A DNA stretch of 64,000 nucleotides from Thermoanaerobaculia bacterium (GTDB taxonomy: Bacteria > Acidobacteriota > Thermoanaerobaculia > UBA5066): contig CAWFJJ010000008.1 in the NCBI GenBank assembly GCA_963816185.1, positions 128,001-192,000 on the forward strand, in the 5' to 3' direction. The notes beneath the pieces were generated by a model. That model did not search any database. It was given only the letters and a program-made list of their open reading frames with translations, and had not been told where the DNA came from. The translations under genes and the position numbers were made by a program. Positions 53,569 through 63,653 of the stretch are shown here, piece by piece; position 1 is the first letter of the stretch; the number at the start of each line of letters is the position of its first letter.

Positions 53569-54877
53569 CGTTGTAGAGATACGGCTCGCGCCACACGGAG
53601 AGGACAAGACTCGAGCGCGAGAACCCTCCTTCGACCGATTTCGCGAGCTCCTCGACGGTCTTCACCTTTCGGTTGTTCACGGCGAGGAGCAGGTCGCCCC
53701 GGTCGAGCCCCTTGTCGTCGGCAGGGGAGTTGCGCGTCACGGAGACGACCATGGGCCCGTCGCGCGTGTCGCGCACGCCGACACCGAGCTCGCGCCTCAG
53801 GATCTCCAGACCGAGGTCATCGGGCGTGCGTTCGGTCGTGAGACGGACGGTCCGGTCGCGGCCGTCGCGCCGGAAGGCGACCGCGAGCGTGCGCCCCGTG
53901 CCGACGGAGGCGAGGGCCGTGTCGAAATCCTCCCGTCCCTCGATGGAGCGGCCGTCGATCGAGACGATGACGTCTCCGGGCTCGAGGCCCGCGCGCGCGG
54001 CGGGCGAATTGGGGTAGACCGAGCGCACGCGGAGCCCCTGCCCGTGCGATTGAAAGCGCGGATTTCCAAGCCCGACGGTCGTTCCCCTCAGGCCCAGCCA
54101 GACGGACTTGACCTCGCCGTAATGAAGTAGCTCGTCGACGACGCGCCGCGCCCGATCGATCGGGATCGCGAACCCGATCGTGTTCGCGCCGCCCACGATC
54201 GCCGTGTTGATGCCGATCAGCTCGCCGAGGATGTTCACGAGCGCGCCGCCGGAATTGCCGGGATTGATCGCGGCGTCGGTCTGCAGGAAGTCCGAGTAGT
54301 TGCGCCCGGACTCGCCTCTCACGGTGCGGTGCACCGCCGAGACGATCCCCGTCGTGACCGAGTTCGACAGGCCGAACGGGTTGCCGATCGCGATCACGGT
54401 CTCTCCGATCATCAGGTCCGACGTCGTCCCGATCTTCGCGGCCCTGAGGTTCTTCGGATCGACCGTCAGCACGGCGAGGTCGTTGTCGGCATCCGCGCCC
54501 TCCAGCTTCGCCTCCAGCTCGCGCCCGTCGGCCGTCGTGACCCAGATGCTCGAGGCGCCCGAGATGACGTGGTCGTTCGTGACGACCACGCCGGAGGCGT
54601 CGAGGATCACGCCGGAGCCGAGGGACTCGGTCTTGTAGCCGCGCGGGCGCACGTCGAAGTCGAAGAAGGAATCGAGGGCGCTCCGGCGCTGCTGGACGAG
54701 CCTCTCGGCGGAGATGTTGACGACGGCCGGCCCGATCTTCTCGACGGCCTCGACGATCGGCGTGCGCCGGGCGGCGCGCGTTCCCGGCGCTGCGGAAGCG
54801 GGAGGCGGAACGGAATGCTGCGCGAGGGCCCCCGGCGAGAGGATAGCGAGGGTGAGGAGGAGGGCGAGGCTTGACAT
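53549..54877 (-). CDS. HtrA/DegP-like serine protease with PDZ domains
   Basis: GSGVI, TNDHV, QTDAAINPGNSGG and two PDZ domains. Confidence 0.93.
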   Translation of the reverse strand: MSSLALLLTLAILSPGALAQHSVPPPASAAPGTRAARRTPIVEAVEKIGPAVVNISAERLVQQRRSALDSFFDFDVRPRGYKTESLGSGVILDASGVVVTNDHVISGASSIWVTTADGRELEAKLEGADADNDLAVLTVDPKNLRAAKIGTTSDLMIGETVIAIGNPFGLSNSVTTGIVSAVHRTVRGESGRNYSDFLQTDAAINPGNSGGALVNILGELIGINTAIVGGANTIGFAIPIDRARRVVDELLHYGEVKSVWLGLRGTTVGLGNPRFQSHGQGLRVRSVYPNSPAARAGLEPGDVIVSIDGRSIEGREDFDTALASVGTGRTLAVAFRRDGRDRTVRLTTERTPDDLGLEILRRELGVGVRDTRDGPMVVSVTRNSPADDKGLDRGDLLLAVNNRKVKTVEELAKSVEGGFSRSSLVLSVWREPYLYNVTFGLE

Positions 54878-54931
54878 TTCTTTTCGGGCTCGCATCATTG
54901 TTACTCGATAAAGTCGAAGGGGTTTTTAGTC

Positions 54932-55345
54932 ATTCTAAACACGCGGCAGAAAAAAGCAGTTCAGGCGCTCGTCGAGCTCGTCTACCGCGCGGGCCCGGAC
55001 GTGACGTCGGCTCAGCTCGCGGTCTGGCTCGAGCTGTCGCGCGATTCCGTGCACCAGCTCCTGCTGCCGCTCGTGAGGAGCGGCTGGGTCGCAGCCGGCC
55101 GCGGGCGCAACGGCGGTTATCGGCCGACGCCGCTCGCGCCCACCGCCACGACGCTCTCGGTCGTCTCTCTCTACTCGCGCGAGGGCCGCGAACCGGGTCC
55201 CGAGCAGTCGACCATGCCCGGCGCCATCCAGAGGTTGGACCGGGAGCTGTCGGAGACGCACCGGCGGTATCTCTCGGGGGTCACGATCGCGAGTCTCGTG
55301 GCCGAGGTGAAGGCCGAGCGCGAGGAGCTGACGTACTCGATCTGA
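54932..55345 (+). CDS. Rrf2 family regulator, CymR-like (probable ATT or GTC start; ORF track starts at 55001)
   Basis: In-frame upstream ILNTRQKKAVQALVEL helix, RGRNGGY wing, no Cys, C-terminal Ile; upstream of cysK. Confidence 0.85.
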   Translation: MLNTRQKKAVQALVELVYRAGPDVTSAQLAVWLELSRDSVHQLLLPLVRSGWVAAGRGRNGGYRPTPLAPTATTLSVVSLYSREGREPGPEQSTMPGAIQRLDRELSETHRRYLSGVTIASLVAEVKAEREELTYSI

Positions 55346-55429
55346 AGAGGGATGCATCGGATGCCTTCCCGCAGGGATCTCTAGCAAGTCGCGCGCCCGC
55401 CAAACCGACGCACTCCAAGGGGGAAAATC

Positions 55430-56395
55430 ATGAGAATTGCCGCGGACATCACGAAGCTGATCGGGAATACGCCGCTCGTGAGGCTCAATCGGCTGACGGC
55501 GGGGATCGCGGAAGGCGCGACGGTCGCGGCGAAGCTCGAGTTCTTCAACCCGGCGCATTCCGTCAAGGACCGCATCGGCGTCTCGATGATCGACGCGCTC
55601 GAGAAGGCGGGAAAAATCGCGCCGGGCAGGAGCGTCCTCATCGAGCCGACGTCGGGGAACACCGGCATCGGCCTCGCGTTCGTCGCGGCCGCCCGCGGCT
55701 ACCGCCTGATCCTCACGATGCCGGAGACCATGTCCATCGAGCGCCGCAAGGTCCTCCGGCTCCTCGGCGCCGAAGTCGTACTGACGCCGGGACCGATGGG
55801 AATGAAGGGCGCGATCGCAAAAGCGCAGGAGCTTCTCGCAGAGTACGGGCCGAACGGCGTCCAGCCGCAGCAATTCGAGAGTCCGGCAAACCCGGCGATT
55901 CACGAGGCCACGACCGGCCCCGAGCTATGGAACGACACGGACGGCAAGATGGACGTCTTCGTGGCCGGCGTAGGTACGGGTGGCACGATCACCGGCGTGG
56001 GGCGATTCTGGAAGCCGAAAAAGCCGTCGCTGAAGATCATCGCCGTCGAGCCCGCGAGCTCGGCCGTGATCTCGGGCGGCGCGCCGGGCCCGCACAAGAT
56101 CCAGGGCCTCGGAGCCGGGTTCATTCCGAAGAACCTCGACAGGGCATTCGTCGACGGGACCTTCCAGGTCTCGAACGAGGAGTCGTTCGCGATGGCCCGC
56201 CGCCTTGCGAAGGAGGAGGGAATCCTCGGCGGAATTTCTTCCGGTGCCGCGGCGCACGCGGCCGTCGAGATCGCGAAGCGTCCCGAGAGCGCCGGGAAGC
56301 TCATCGTCTTCATCGTCCCCGACACCTCGGAGCGCTACGTCTCGACGGACCTCTTCAAGGAGGAGGAAGTGCCGGCGGGGGCGATGGCCATATAG
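55430..56395 (+). CDS. cysK: Cysteine synthase A
   Basis: [25 protein letters not shown] and HKIQG. Confidence 0.97.
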   Translation: MRIAADITKLIGNTPLVRLNRLTAGIAEGATVAAKLEFFNPAHSVKDRIGVSMIDALEKAGKIAPGRSVLIEPTSGNTGIGLAFVAAARGYRLILTMPETMSIERRKVLRLLGAEVVLTPGPMGMKGAIAKAQELLAEYGPNGVQPQQFESPANPAIHEATTGPELWNDTDGKMDVFVAGVGTGGTITGVGRFWKPKKPSLKIIAVEPASSAVISGGAPGPHKIQGLGAGFIPKNLDRAFVDGTFQVSNEESFAMARRLAKEEGILGGISSGAAAHAAVEIAKRPESAGKLIVFIVPDTSERYVSTDLFKEEEVPAGAMAI

Positions 56396-56413
56396 CGCAC
56401 CCCCGCCCGAGAG

Positions 56414-56893
56414 TCACTTCTTCTTGGCCTCGAGCGCGGGCTTCACGGGCGTGATCTTGATCGCCTTCGGCTTCGTCTCCTCGCGCTTCGGCAGCTCGAC
56501 GGTGAGAACGCCGTTGTCGAACGCGGCCGAGATGTGCTCGCTGTCGACATTCGACGGGATCGTGAAGGAGCGGACGAACTTCCCATAGCTCCTCTCGACG
56601 CGGTGGTAGTTCTCGTCGTCGTTGTTCTTCTCGAACTTGCGCTCCCCCTCGAGAGAGAGGACGCCGTCCTCGAAGCGGAGCTGAATCTGGCTCTCGTCGA
56701 AGCCGGGCAGCTCGGCCTTCAGGATCGTCTTGTCCTTCGTCTCCATGATGTCGACGGGCGGAGCCCACGTCCCGGTGAAGAGCTCCTCCTCGTTCCGGGT
56801 CGGGCGCGTGAGCGTCAAGTCGAACGCCTGGTTCAGGCGATTCTGAAGAGTCGCGAGCTCACGGAAGGGGTCGTTCCAGCGGATCAGGTTCAT
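56414..56893 (-). CDS. Hsp20/alpha-crystallin small heat-shock protein
   Basis: PPVDI, ELPG, ERSYGKFVRSF and NGVLTV. Confidence 0.95.
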   Translation of the reverse strand: MNLIRWNDPFRELATLQNRLNQAFDLTLTRPTRNEEELFTGTWAPPVDIMETKDKTILKAELPGFDESQIQLRFEDGVLSLEGERKFEKNNDDENYHRVERSYGKFVRSFTIPSNVDSEHISAAFDNGVLTVELPKREETKPKAIKITPVKPALEAKKK

Positions 56894-56911
56894 TTTTCTT
56901 TCCTCCTTGGG

Positions 56912-59533
56912 TCACCGGGCCTTCGTGGCGGCCCGTTCTGCGGTCTCGGTCCGGAACTCCAGCGCCGAGCCCCCCGGAGCGAGCACGAGGGTGACCGCGG
57001 AACCCTCGTGGATGTCGCCTGCGAGGAGCTTCAGCGCCAACGGGTCCTGGACGAGCTTCTGGATGTTTCGCTTGAGAGGGCGGGCTCCGTAGACGGGGTC
57101 GTACGCCTCGCGCGCGAGCCACGTTCTCACCGGGTCCGTCCACGAGAGCTTCACGCCGCGCCCGGCCACGAGCTCGGCGACGCGCCGGAGCTGCAGGCCG
57201 ACGATCTGCTCGATGTCGGCGAGGTCGAGACGCCGGAAGACGACGATGTCGTCGATCCGATTCAGGAACTCGGGCCGGAAATGGTTGCGCAGCTCGGCCT
57301 CGACGCGCGTCTTGAGCGCCTTCTCGTCGACGCCCTGCATCTCCTGGATGATCGGGCTCGCGACGTTCGAGGTCATGATGATGACGACGTTCTTGAAGTC
57401 CACGGAGCGGCCCTTGCCGTCGGTCAGACGCCCGTCGTCGAGCACCTGCAGAAGGACCGACCACACGTCGGGATGGGCCTTCTCGATCTCGTCGAAGAGG
57501 ACGACGGAATAGGGTCGGCGGCGCACGGCTTCCGTGAGTTGGCCGCCCTCGTCGTGTCCGATGTAGCCGGGAGGCGCCCCGATCATGCGGGAGACGGTGT
57601 GCTTCTCCTGGTATTCGGACATGTCGAGTCGGACCATCGCGTGCTCGTCGTCGAACAGGAACTCCGCGAGCGCGCGGGCGAGCTCGGTCTTCCCGACGCC
57701 CGTGGGGCCGAGGAAGAGGAACGAGCCGATGGGCCGCCGCGGGTCTTTCATGCCGGCGCGCGCCCGCCGGACGGCCGCGGACACGGCCTGGACGGCCTCG
57801 TCCTGCCCGATCACGCGCAGCTTCAGCCGCTCGTCCATCTTCAGGAGCTTCTGCGTCTCGCCCTCGACCATCTTCGAGACCGGGACACCGGTCCACTTCG
57901 AGACGATCGCGGCGATGTCCTCCTCTTCCACCTGCTCGCGCAGGATGGCGCCGTTCTTCTGAAGGTCGGCGAGGCGGGCGGAGGCCTTTTCGAGGTCCTT
58001 CTGGAGCTTCGTGAGCGTGCCGTAGCGCAGCTCGGCGGCTTTGTTCAGGTCGCCCTGGCGCTCGGCGGCCTCGGCCGCGACCTTCGTCTCGTCGAGCTTC
58101 TTCTTGAGGTCCCGGATGACGGTGATGGCGTCTTTTTCGGCTTTCCAGCGGGACTTCATTCCGGCCGAGCGCTCCTTCAGCTCCGCGAGGGCGCGCTCGA
58201 CGTTCTTGAGCCGCTCTTTCGCGGCCTTCGCGTCGTCCTTCTGGAGAGCCTTCTTCTCGATCTCGGCCTGCAGGATGCGCCGCTCGACCTCGTCGATCTC
58301 CGTCGGCATGGAGTCGATTTCCATCTTGAGCTTGCTGGCCGCCTCGTCGACCAGATCGATGGCCTTGTCGGGCAGGAAGCGGTCGGCGATGTAGCGGTCG
58401 GACAGCGTCGCCGCGGCGACGAGCGCTCCATCGGTGATCTTCACCCCGTGGTGGACCTCGTAGCGCTCCGCGAGCCCGCGCAGAATGGCGATCGTGTCCT
58501 CGACGGACGGCTCCCCGACGAGCACGGGCTGGAAGCGCCTCTCGAGCGCGGGGTCCTTCTCGATGTGCTTTCGATACTCGCCGATCGTCGTCGCCCCGAT
58601 CGCGCGCAGGTCCCCGCGGGCGAGCGCGGGCTTCAGCATGTTGCCCGCGTCCATCGCGCCCTCGGCGGCGCCCGCGCCGACGAGCGTGTGCAGCTCGTCG
58701 ATGAAGAGGATGACCTTCCCGTCCGACTCCTCGACTTCCTTGAGGACCGCCTTGAGGCGCTCCTCGAACTCGCCGCGGAATTTCGCGCCGGCGACCATCG
58801 CGCCGAGGTCGAGCGAGACGACGCGCTTGTTCTTCAGGGTCTCGGGAACGTCGCCCGAGGCGATACGACGCGCGAGCCCCTCGACGATTGCGGTCTTGCC
58901 GACTCCCGGGTCTCCGATGAGGACGGGGTTGTTCTTCGTGCGCCGCGTCAGGACCTGCATCACGCGGCGGATCTCTTCGTCGCGGCCGATGACCGGATCG
59001 AGCTTGCCCTTCCGGGCGAGCTCGGTGAGGTCCTTCGCGTAGCGCTTCAGGGCCTGGTACTTCTCCTCGGCATCGGGGTCCGCCACGCGGCTTCCGCCAC
59101 GCACGTCCTTGAGGGCGGCGAGAAGAGAAGCCTCCGAGAGGCCCCGCGCGAGGAGAACTTTCGCGGCTCTGGATTTGCCGTCGCGCAGGAGAGCGAGAAA
59201 GAGGTGCTCGCTCGCGATGTAGTCGTCCTTGAACTCTCCCGCGATCTTCTCGGCGAGGTCGATCAGCCTCACGAGGGCGGGAGAAAAGTGCGGCTCCGCC
59301 CCTTCGCCCTGAACCCTCGGCAGCTTCGCGAGCTCTTTCTCGACGTCCTGATTCGCGAGCCCCGGCGCCACGCCCACCCGCTCGAGAAGCGCGGGTACGA
59401 CCCCTTCGTCCTGAAGCAGCAGCGCCTGCGTGAGGTGCTCCGGCGTGGCTTCGGGATGCCCCTCGGTGCGGGCGGCCTGGGAAGTCTTCTGGAGGGCCTC
59501 CTGAGCCTTGTGAGTAAAGCGCTCGATGTTCAT
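56912..59533 (-). CDS. clpB: Chaperone ClpB
   Basis: [13 protein letters not shown], two AAA modules and a coiled-coil M domain. Confidence 0.98.
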   Translation of the reverse strand: MNIERFTHKAQEALQKTSQAARTEGHPEATPEHLTQALLLQDEGVVPALLERVGVAPGLANQDVEKELAKLPRVQGEGAEPHFSPALVRLIDLAEKIAGEFKDDYIASEHLFLALLRDGKSRAAKVLLARGLSEASLLAALKDVRGGSRVADPDAEEKYQALKRYAKDLTELARKGKLDPVIGRDEEIRRVMQVLTRRTKNNPVLIGDPGVGKTAIVEGLARRIASGDVPETLKNKRVVSLDLGAMVAGAKFRGEFEERLKAVLKEVEESDGKVILFIDELHTLVGAGAAEGAMDAGNMLKPALARGDLRAIGATTIGEYRKHIEKDPALERRFQPVLVGEPSVEDTIAILRGLAERYEVHHGVKITDGALVAAATLSDRYIADRFLPDKAIDLVDEAASKLKMEIDSMPTEIDEVERRILQAEIEKKALQKDDAKAAKERLKNVERALAELKERSAGMKSRWKAEKDAITVIRDLKKKLDETKVAAEAAERQGDLNKAAELRYGTLTKLQKDLEKASARLADLQKNGAILREQVEEEDIAAIVSKWTGVPVSKMVEGETQKLLKMDERLKLRVIGQDEAVQAVSAAVRRARAGMKDPRRPIGSFLFLGPTGVGKTELARALAEFLFDDEHAMVRLDMSEYQEKHTVSRMIGAPPGYIGHDEGGQLTEAVRRRPYSVVLFDEIEKAHPDVWSVLLQVLDDGRLTDGKGRSVDFKNVVIIMTSNVASPIIQEMQGVDEKALKTRVEAELRNHFRPEFLNRIDDIVVFRRLDLADIEQIVGLQLRRVAELVAGRGVKLSWTDPVRTWLAREAYDPVYGARPLKRNIQKLVQDPLALKLLAGDIHEGSAVTLVLAPGGSALEFRTETAERAATKAR

Positions 59534-59540
59534 CGAGGCC

Positions 59541-59585
59541 AATATAGGATCTGCTTACGTTATTGTCAAGGAATACCTAACGTAA
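59541..59585 (-). promoter_or_regulatory. clpB-hsp20 promoter with a dyad operator
   Basis: TTGACA-N17-TATATT-N7-ATG; TTACGTTA-N15-TAACGTAA flanks the -35 box. Confidence 0.75.
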
Positions 59586-60317
59586 CATATATAGATTTAG
59601 GACGTCGACTAAACCAGCCTCAGCGAATCCCTTAGCCCGAATCAAACAGGAGTCACAGGTTCCACAGGGCCGGCCATCCTTTCCGGGGTCGTAGCACGAC
59701 GTCGTAAGGCGGGTGTCGAGTCCGAGGGCGAGCGCGAAGCGGACGATGTCCGCCTTCGACATATGAAGGAGCGGCGCGCGGATCGCAAAGCTCCCGCCCT
59801 CGACACCGGCTCGCGTCCCGAGTTTCGCGACGCGCTCGAACGCCCTCAGGAATGCCGGGCGGCAGTCGGGATAGCCGGAGTAATCGAGGGCGTTGGCGCC
59901 GATGACGATCTCCGTCGCGGCGATCGACTCGGCGACGCCGAGCGCGAACGCGAGAAAGAGCGTGTTGCGGGCGGGGACGTATGTGATAGGGATCCGCACT
60001 TTTCCAAGCGCCTTCTTGGGGACGCGAATTGAGCTGTCGGTCAACGCGGATCCGCCGAGCGCGCCGAAGGCCGGGATCCCGATCACGCGATGCGAGGCGA
60101 CTCGGTACTGCCGCGCGAGAGCGCGCGCCGCGCGGAGTTCGACGCGGTGACGCTGCCCGTAGTCGAAGGAGAGTGCATGCACCGTCCAGCCCCAGCGCGA
60201 CACGAGCGCGAGGCACGTCGCGGAATCGAGACCACCGGAAAGAAGAAGAACCGCGGTCCTTCGACCCTTTGCCGGTGCTTTCGGAAGTGGCGCCGGAGAG
60301 AGAGATTTCTTTCTCAT
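59577..60317 (-). CDS. queC: 7-cyano-7-deazaguanine synthase
   Basis: SGGLDS, YGQRH, YVPARN, YPDCR and CGTCDSC. Confidence 0.96.
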   Translation of the reverse strand: MRKKSLSPAPLPKAPAKGRRTAVLLLSGGLDSATCLALVSRWGWTVHALSFDYGQRHRVELRAARALARQYRVASHRVIGIPAFGALGGSALTDSSIRVPKKALGKVRIPITYVPARNTLFLAFALGVAESIAATEIVIGANALDYSGYPDCRPAFLRAFERVAKLGTRAGVEGGSFAIRAPLLHMSKADIVRFALALGLDTRLTTSCYDPGKDGRPCGTCDSCLIRAKGFAEAGLVDVLNLYMLR

Positions 60318-60361
60318 ATGCGGCGGCTGCTGATGCAGCCGCCGATAGATGGAAAATCTTC

Positions 60362-60440
60362 TTCCCGAATGGCCGATGTCAAGGGCGCGCTTCGCGCGCC
60401 GCAAGGCGGTCTCTGACCCTTGACATCAGCCATTCGGGAA
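60362..60440. repeat. 79-bp palindromic element with 24-bp arms (MITE-like)
   Basis: TTCCCGAATGGCCGATGTCAAGGG / CCCTTGACATCAGCCATTCGGGAA (23/24) enclose two mini-hairpins. Confidence 0.8.
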
Positions 60441-60473
60441 ATACGCATTTCTTGATCTTTTCCGATCCTCTCC

Positions 60474-61133
60474 TCATCTCCCGGGTACGTCCCCCCAGAG
60501 CAGCTTGTGTACCTGCAAGTTCAGCCTCAGCTTCCTCTTCGAATCCCGCACCCACTCCGCGGCGTCCGCTGCGACCGGCGACGAGCCGCCTTCGAAGACC
60601 GGCGAGATCAGGACCGCGTGTTTCTTGTCGAGGTCGTGCGCCCCGACGAGGGCGACGGCCCAGTCGAAGTCTTCGCGATCCTTGACGACGAACTTGATCT
60701 CGTCCCTCGGGCCGAGAAGCTTCAGGTTCTGGAGGTCGTTGTGTGGCTCCATTCCCGAACCGGGGCACTTCACGTCGACGATCTTGAGGATGCGCGGGTC
60801 GACGCGGTCGAGCGGGACGTGTCCCCCCGTTTCGACGAGCACGGTGTATCCCAGGTCGCAGAGCGCGGCGGAGAGCGGATAGAAACCTTCCTGCTCGAGT
60901 GGCTCCCCTCCCGTCAGCTCGACGAGCGGCGCGCCCAAGCGCTCCACTTCCGCGAGGACTTCGTTCACCCGCATGGTTTTCCCGCCCTGGAACGCGTAGG
61001 CGCTGTCGCACCAGACGCAGCGCAGGCTGCAGCCCGTCAGGCGCACGAACGAGCAGGGGAGACCCGCGAACGTGGACTCTCCTTGAAGGCTTCGGAAGAT
61101 CTCGGTGACGACGAGCGCCGGGACGTCGGCCAT
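60474..61133 (-). CDS. queE: 7-carboxy-7-deazaguanine synthase (radical SAM)
   Basis: EIFRSLQGE, CSLRCVWCD, TGGEPL and LQVHK. Confidence 0.95.
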   Translation of the reverse strand: MADVPALVVTEIFRSLQGESTFAGLPCSFVRLTGCSLRCVWCDSAYAFQGGKTMRVNEVLAEVERLGAPLVELTGGEPLEQEGFYPLSAALCDLGYTVLVETGGHVPLDRVDPRILKIVDVKCPGSGMEPHNDLQNLKLLGPRDEIKFVVKDREDFDWAVALVGAHDLDKKHAVLISPVFEGGSSPVAADAAEWVRDSKRKLRLNLQVHKLLWGDVPGR

Positions 61134-61184
61134 CGGGCCGACGATAGCGCCATGGCCGCGCGGGGCGCGGCCATAATCGCCGTC

Positions 61185-61979
61185 GTGAGGCTTCGGCTCG
61201 ATCTGGCATATCTGGGGACGTTCTTCGAAGGCTGGCAGGTGCAGGCGCCCCGCGAAGGCGGCGCCCGGCCGCGCACGGTCCAGGGCGTTCTGGAAGATTC
61301 TTTGAATGAGATTTTGAAGGCGGAGGTGCGCGTCCACGGCGCCGGCCGCACCGACTCCGGCGTTCACGCCGATGCGCAGGTCGCGCACGCGGACCTTCCC
61401 CCCGCCTCGCCCTCAATACCATTCGAAGGATTGCGGCGTGGCCTGAACTCGAAGCTTGCCGAAGACGTGCGGGTCCTGAGTGTCTCTGAAGCAGCCCCCG
61501 ACTTTCACGCCCGCCGCTCCGCGATCGGCAAGGTATACGTCTACCGCCTGAGGCGTGGCGACTTCCTCCACCCTCATCGCGGACTCATCGAGGCCCTCGC
61601 CTCCGAGCCGCTCGACGTCGCGGCGATGCGTGCCGCGGCGGCGACGCTCGTGGGGCGACGCGACTTCGCACCGTTCTCTCTCACGGGCTCAGACCCCGGA
61701 ACGACCGTTCGCACACTCGCGCGGCTGGACGTTCAGGAGGAGGCTTCTCTTCTCGTCATCACGGCGGCCGGGGACGGCTTTCTACGTGGCATGGTCCGCC
61801 GGCTCGTCGGGACTCTCCGGGATGTGGGCCGGGGCCACGTTCGTCCCGAGGACGCGCTCGCGAGACCGGGGCCGACTGCAGAAGCGCGCGGCCTCACTCT
61901 CGCGAGGGTTCTGTATCCCCCGGAGACGCTCCCGGCCAGCTTCCCGGCCGCTGCCGTCACACCCGTTTCGTCGGGATAG
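61185..61979 (+). CDS. truA: tRNA pseudouridine(38-40) synthase
   Basis: GWQVQ, AGRTDSGVHA and FLRGMVR. Confidence 0.95.
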   Translation: MRLRLDLAYLGTFFEGWQVQAPREGGARPRTVQGVLEDSLNEILKAEVRVHGAGRTDSGVHADAQVAHADLPPASPSIPFEGLRRGLNSKLAEDVRVLSVSEAAPDFHARRSAIGKVYVYRLRRGDFLHPHRGLIEALASEPLDVAAMRAAAATLVGRRDFAPFSLTGSDPGTTVRTLARLDVQEEASLLVITAAGDGFLRGMVRRLVGTLRDVGRGHVRPEDALARPGPTAEARGLTLARVLYPPETLPASFPAAAVTPVSSG

Positions 61980-62016
61980 AATGCACGTTCGGGAGCGTGT
62001 TTCGCCCCCGACGTCA

Positions 62017-62850
62017 ATGATCGACAAGGATTCCATTGCCGCGCCGGGCACGCCCGACCGGGCGCTTCTCGACGCTCTCGACCTGGGCCGCCTTCCGCGG
62101 CACGTGGCCGTCATCATGGACGGCAACGGGCGTTGGGCACGGCAGCGGCGCCTGCCGCGCGTCGAAGGTCATCGTGCGGGGATCGACTCCGTGCGCGCGA
62201 CGGTCGAGACGGCCGCGCGCCTCGAGCTCACGGCGCTGACGCTCTACGCGTTCTCCGTGGAAAACTGGAAGCGTCCCCACCTCGAGGTCGCGACGCTCAT
62301 GGCCCTCCTGAAGGAATACCTGCGGCGAGAGCTCAAGACGCTCCTCGACAACGACATCGTCTTCCGTGTGGTGGGACGCATGGACGGCCTCGATTCCTCC
62401 GTCCAGAGAGAGCTCGAGCACGCGCTCGCCGCGACCGCCCATGGAAAGGGCATGATCTTCAACATCGCCCTCAACTACTCGGGCCGCGCCGAGCTCGCCG
62501 ACGCGATGCGGGCGCTCGCAAAAAAAGTGAAGGCCGGCGCTCTACGTCCCGAGGACATCGACGAGGCTGCGATCGAAGGAGAGCTCTACACGGCCGGGCT
62601 ACCCGACCCTGACCTCCTCATCCGGACGAGCGGCGAGATGCGCATCTCGAACTACCTGCTCTGGCAGATTGCGTATGCCGAGATCCACGTGACCCCCGTG
62701 CTTTGGCCCGACTTCAGGGCCAGGCACTTTCTCGAGGCTCTGGCCGAATTCCAGAAGCGGGAGCGCCGTTACGGCGGCGTCTCGGAGTCGGAAGAAAGGC
62801 GGGACGAGGTCGCGGCGCCGGCGGCGCATCCGGCGGCCGCGTCGCGATGA
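62017..62850 (+). CDS. uppS: Undecaprenyl diphosphate synthase
   Basis: IMDGNGRWA, FSVENWKRP and RTSGEMRISNYLLWQ. Start at 62017 or 61981. Confidence 0.96.
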   Translation: MIDKDSIAAPGTPDRALLDALDLGRLPRHVAVIMDGNGRWARQRRLPRVEGHRAGIDSVRATVETAARLELTALTLYAFSVENWKRPHLEVATLMALLKEYLRRELKTLLDNDIVFRVVGRMDGLDSSVQRELEHALAATAHGKGMIFNIALNYSGRAELADAMRALAKKVKAGALRPEDIDEAAIEGELYTAGLPDPDLLIRTSGEMRISNYLLWQIAYAEIHVTPVLWPDFRARHFLEALAEFQKRERRYGGVSESEERRDEVAAPAAHPAAASR

Positions 62851-63653
62851 GATTCCAGAGAGAGATCACGGCCGCGGTGCTCATCCCCGCGGTCCTCGCG
62901 GTGCTCGTGGCGGCTCCTCTCTGGGCGTGGGCTCTGCTTGTGGCCGCGGCGACGACGCTCGCCCTTCTCGAGTTCTACCGGCTCATCGAAGCTGCGGGAT
63001 GGGTCGTGCCGAAGTCCGCAGGCGTCGGGCTCTTCCTCGCCCTCGTCGCGGCGGCGTATCTGGCCTCTCTGCTCATGCTCGTCGTTCTCGCGGGCGTCGC
63101 GCTTTTCGCGCTCCCGACGCTCGTCATGTTCGCGTCGCCGCGCGAGGCGGTGCTCCTGGCGTCGTCCGCGTCGTCCGTCTTCGCGACGCTCTACGTCGCC
63201 CTGGGCGCGGGCGCGATGGTGGGTCTCAGGGTCCACGGCTGGAAGCCGGTGTTCTTCGTCCTCGCGACCGTCTGGGCAAGCGACTCGGCTGCGTACTACG
63301 TCGGCCGGAAATGGGGCAAGAGAAAGCTCGCGCCGGTCGTGAGCCCCGGGAAGACCGTCGAGGGACTCTTCGGGCAGCTCGCAGGGGGCGCCGTCTTCGG
63401 GCTCGCCATCTCGCTCCTTCTCGGGAACGGGCCGTCCGCGGCTTTCGGCGCGGCAGCGGGCCTTCTCATCGCGGGTCTTGCCGTCGTCGGGGACCTCCTG
63501 GAATCCACGTTCAAGAGAAGCTGCGCCGTGAAGGACTCAGGCGGGATCCTGCCCGGTCACGGAGGGCTCCTCGATCGGCTCGATTCGCTCCTCTACGTCT
63601 CGCCGGCCGTGCTCCTCCTTCTCACGGTCCTGCCGGAGTCGCTGCCGCGATGA
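62847..63653 (+). CDS. cdsA: Phosphatidate cytidylyltransferase
   Basis: SPGKTVEG and GDLLES.FKR...VKDSG.ILPGHGGLLDRLD. Confidence 0.96.
   Translation: MRFQREITAAVLIPAVLAVLVAAPLWAWALLVAAATTLALLEFYRLIEAAGWVVPKSAGVGLFLALVAAAYLASLLMLVVLAGVALFALPTLVMFASPREAVLLASSASSVFATLYVALGAGAMVGLRVHGWKPVFFVLATVWASDSAAYYVGRKWGKRKLAPVVSPGKTVEGLFGQLAGGAVFGLAISLLLGNGPSAAFGAAAGLLIAGLAVVGDLLESTFKRSCAVKDSGGILPGHGGLLDRLDSLLYVSPAVLLLLTVLPESLPR

Noticed and set aside
59577-61133. queC/queE as a dpd or QatABCD-type defence system
   Set aside because: Canonical sizes, housekeeping context next to truA, and no dpdA, ATPase or TatD partners.
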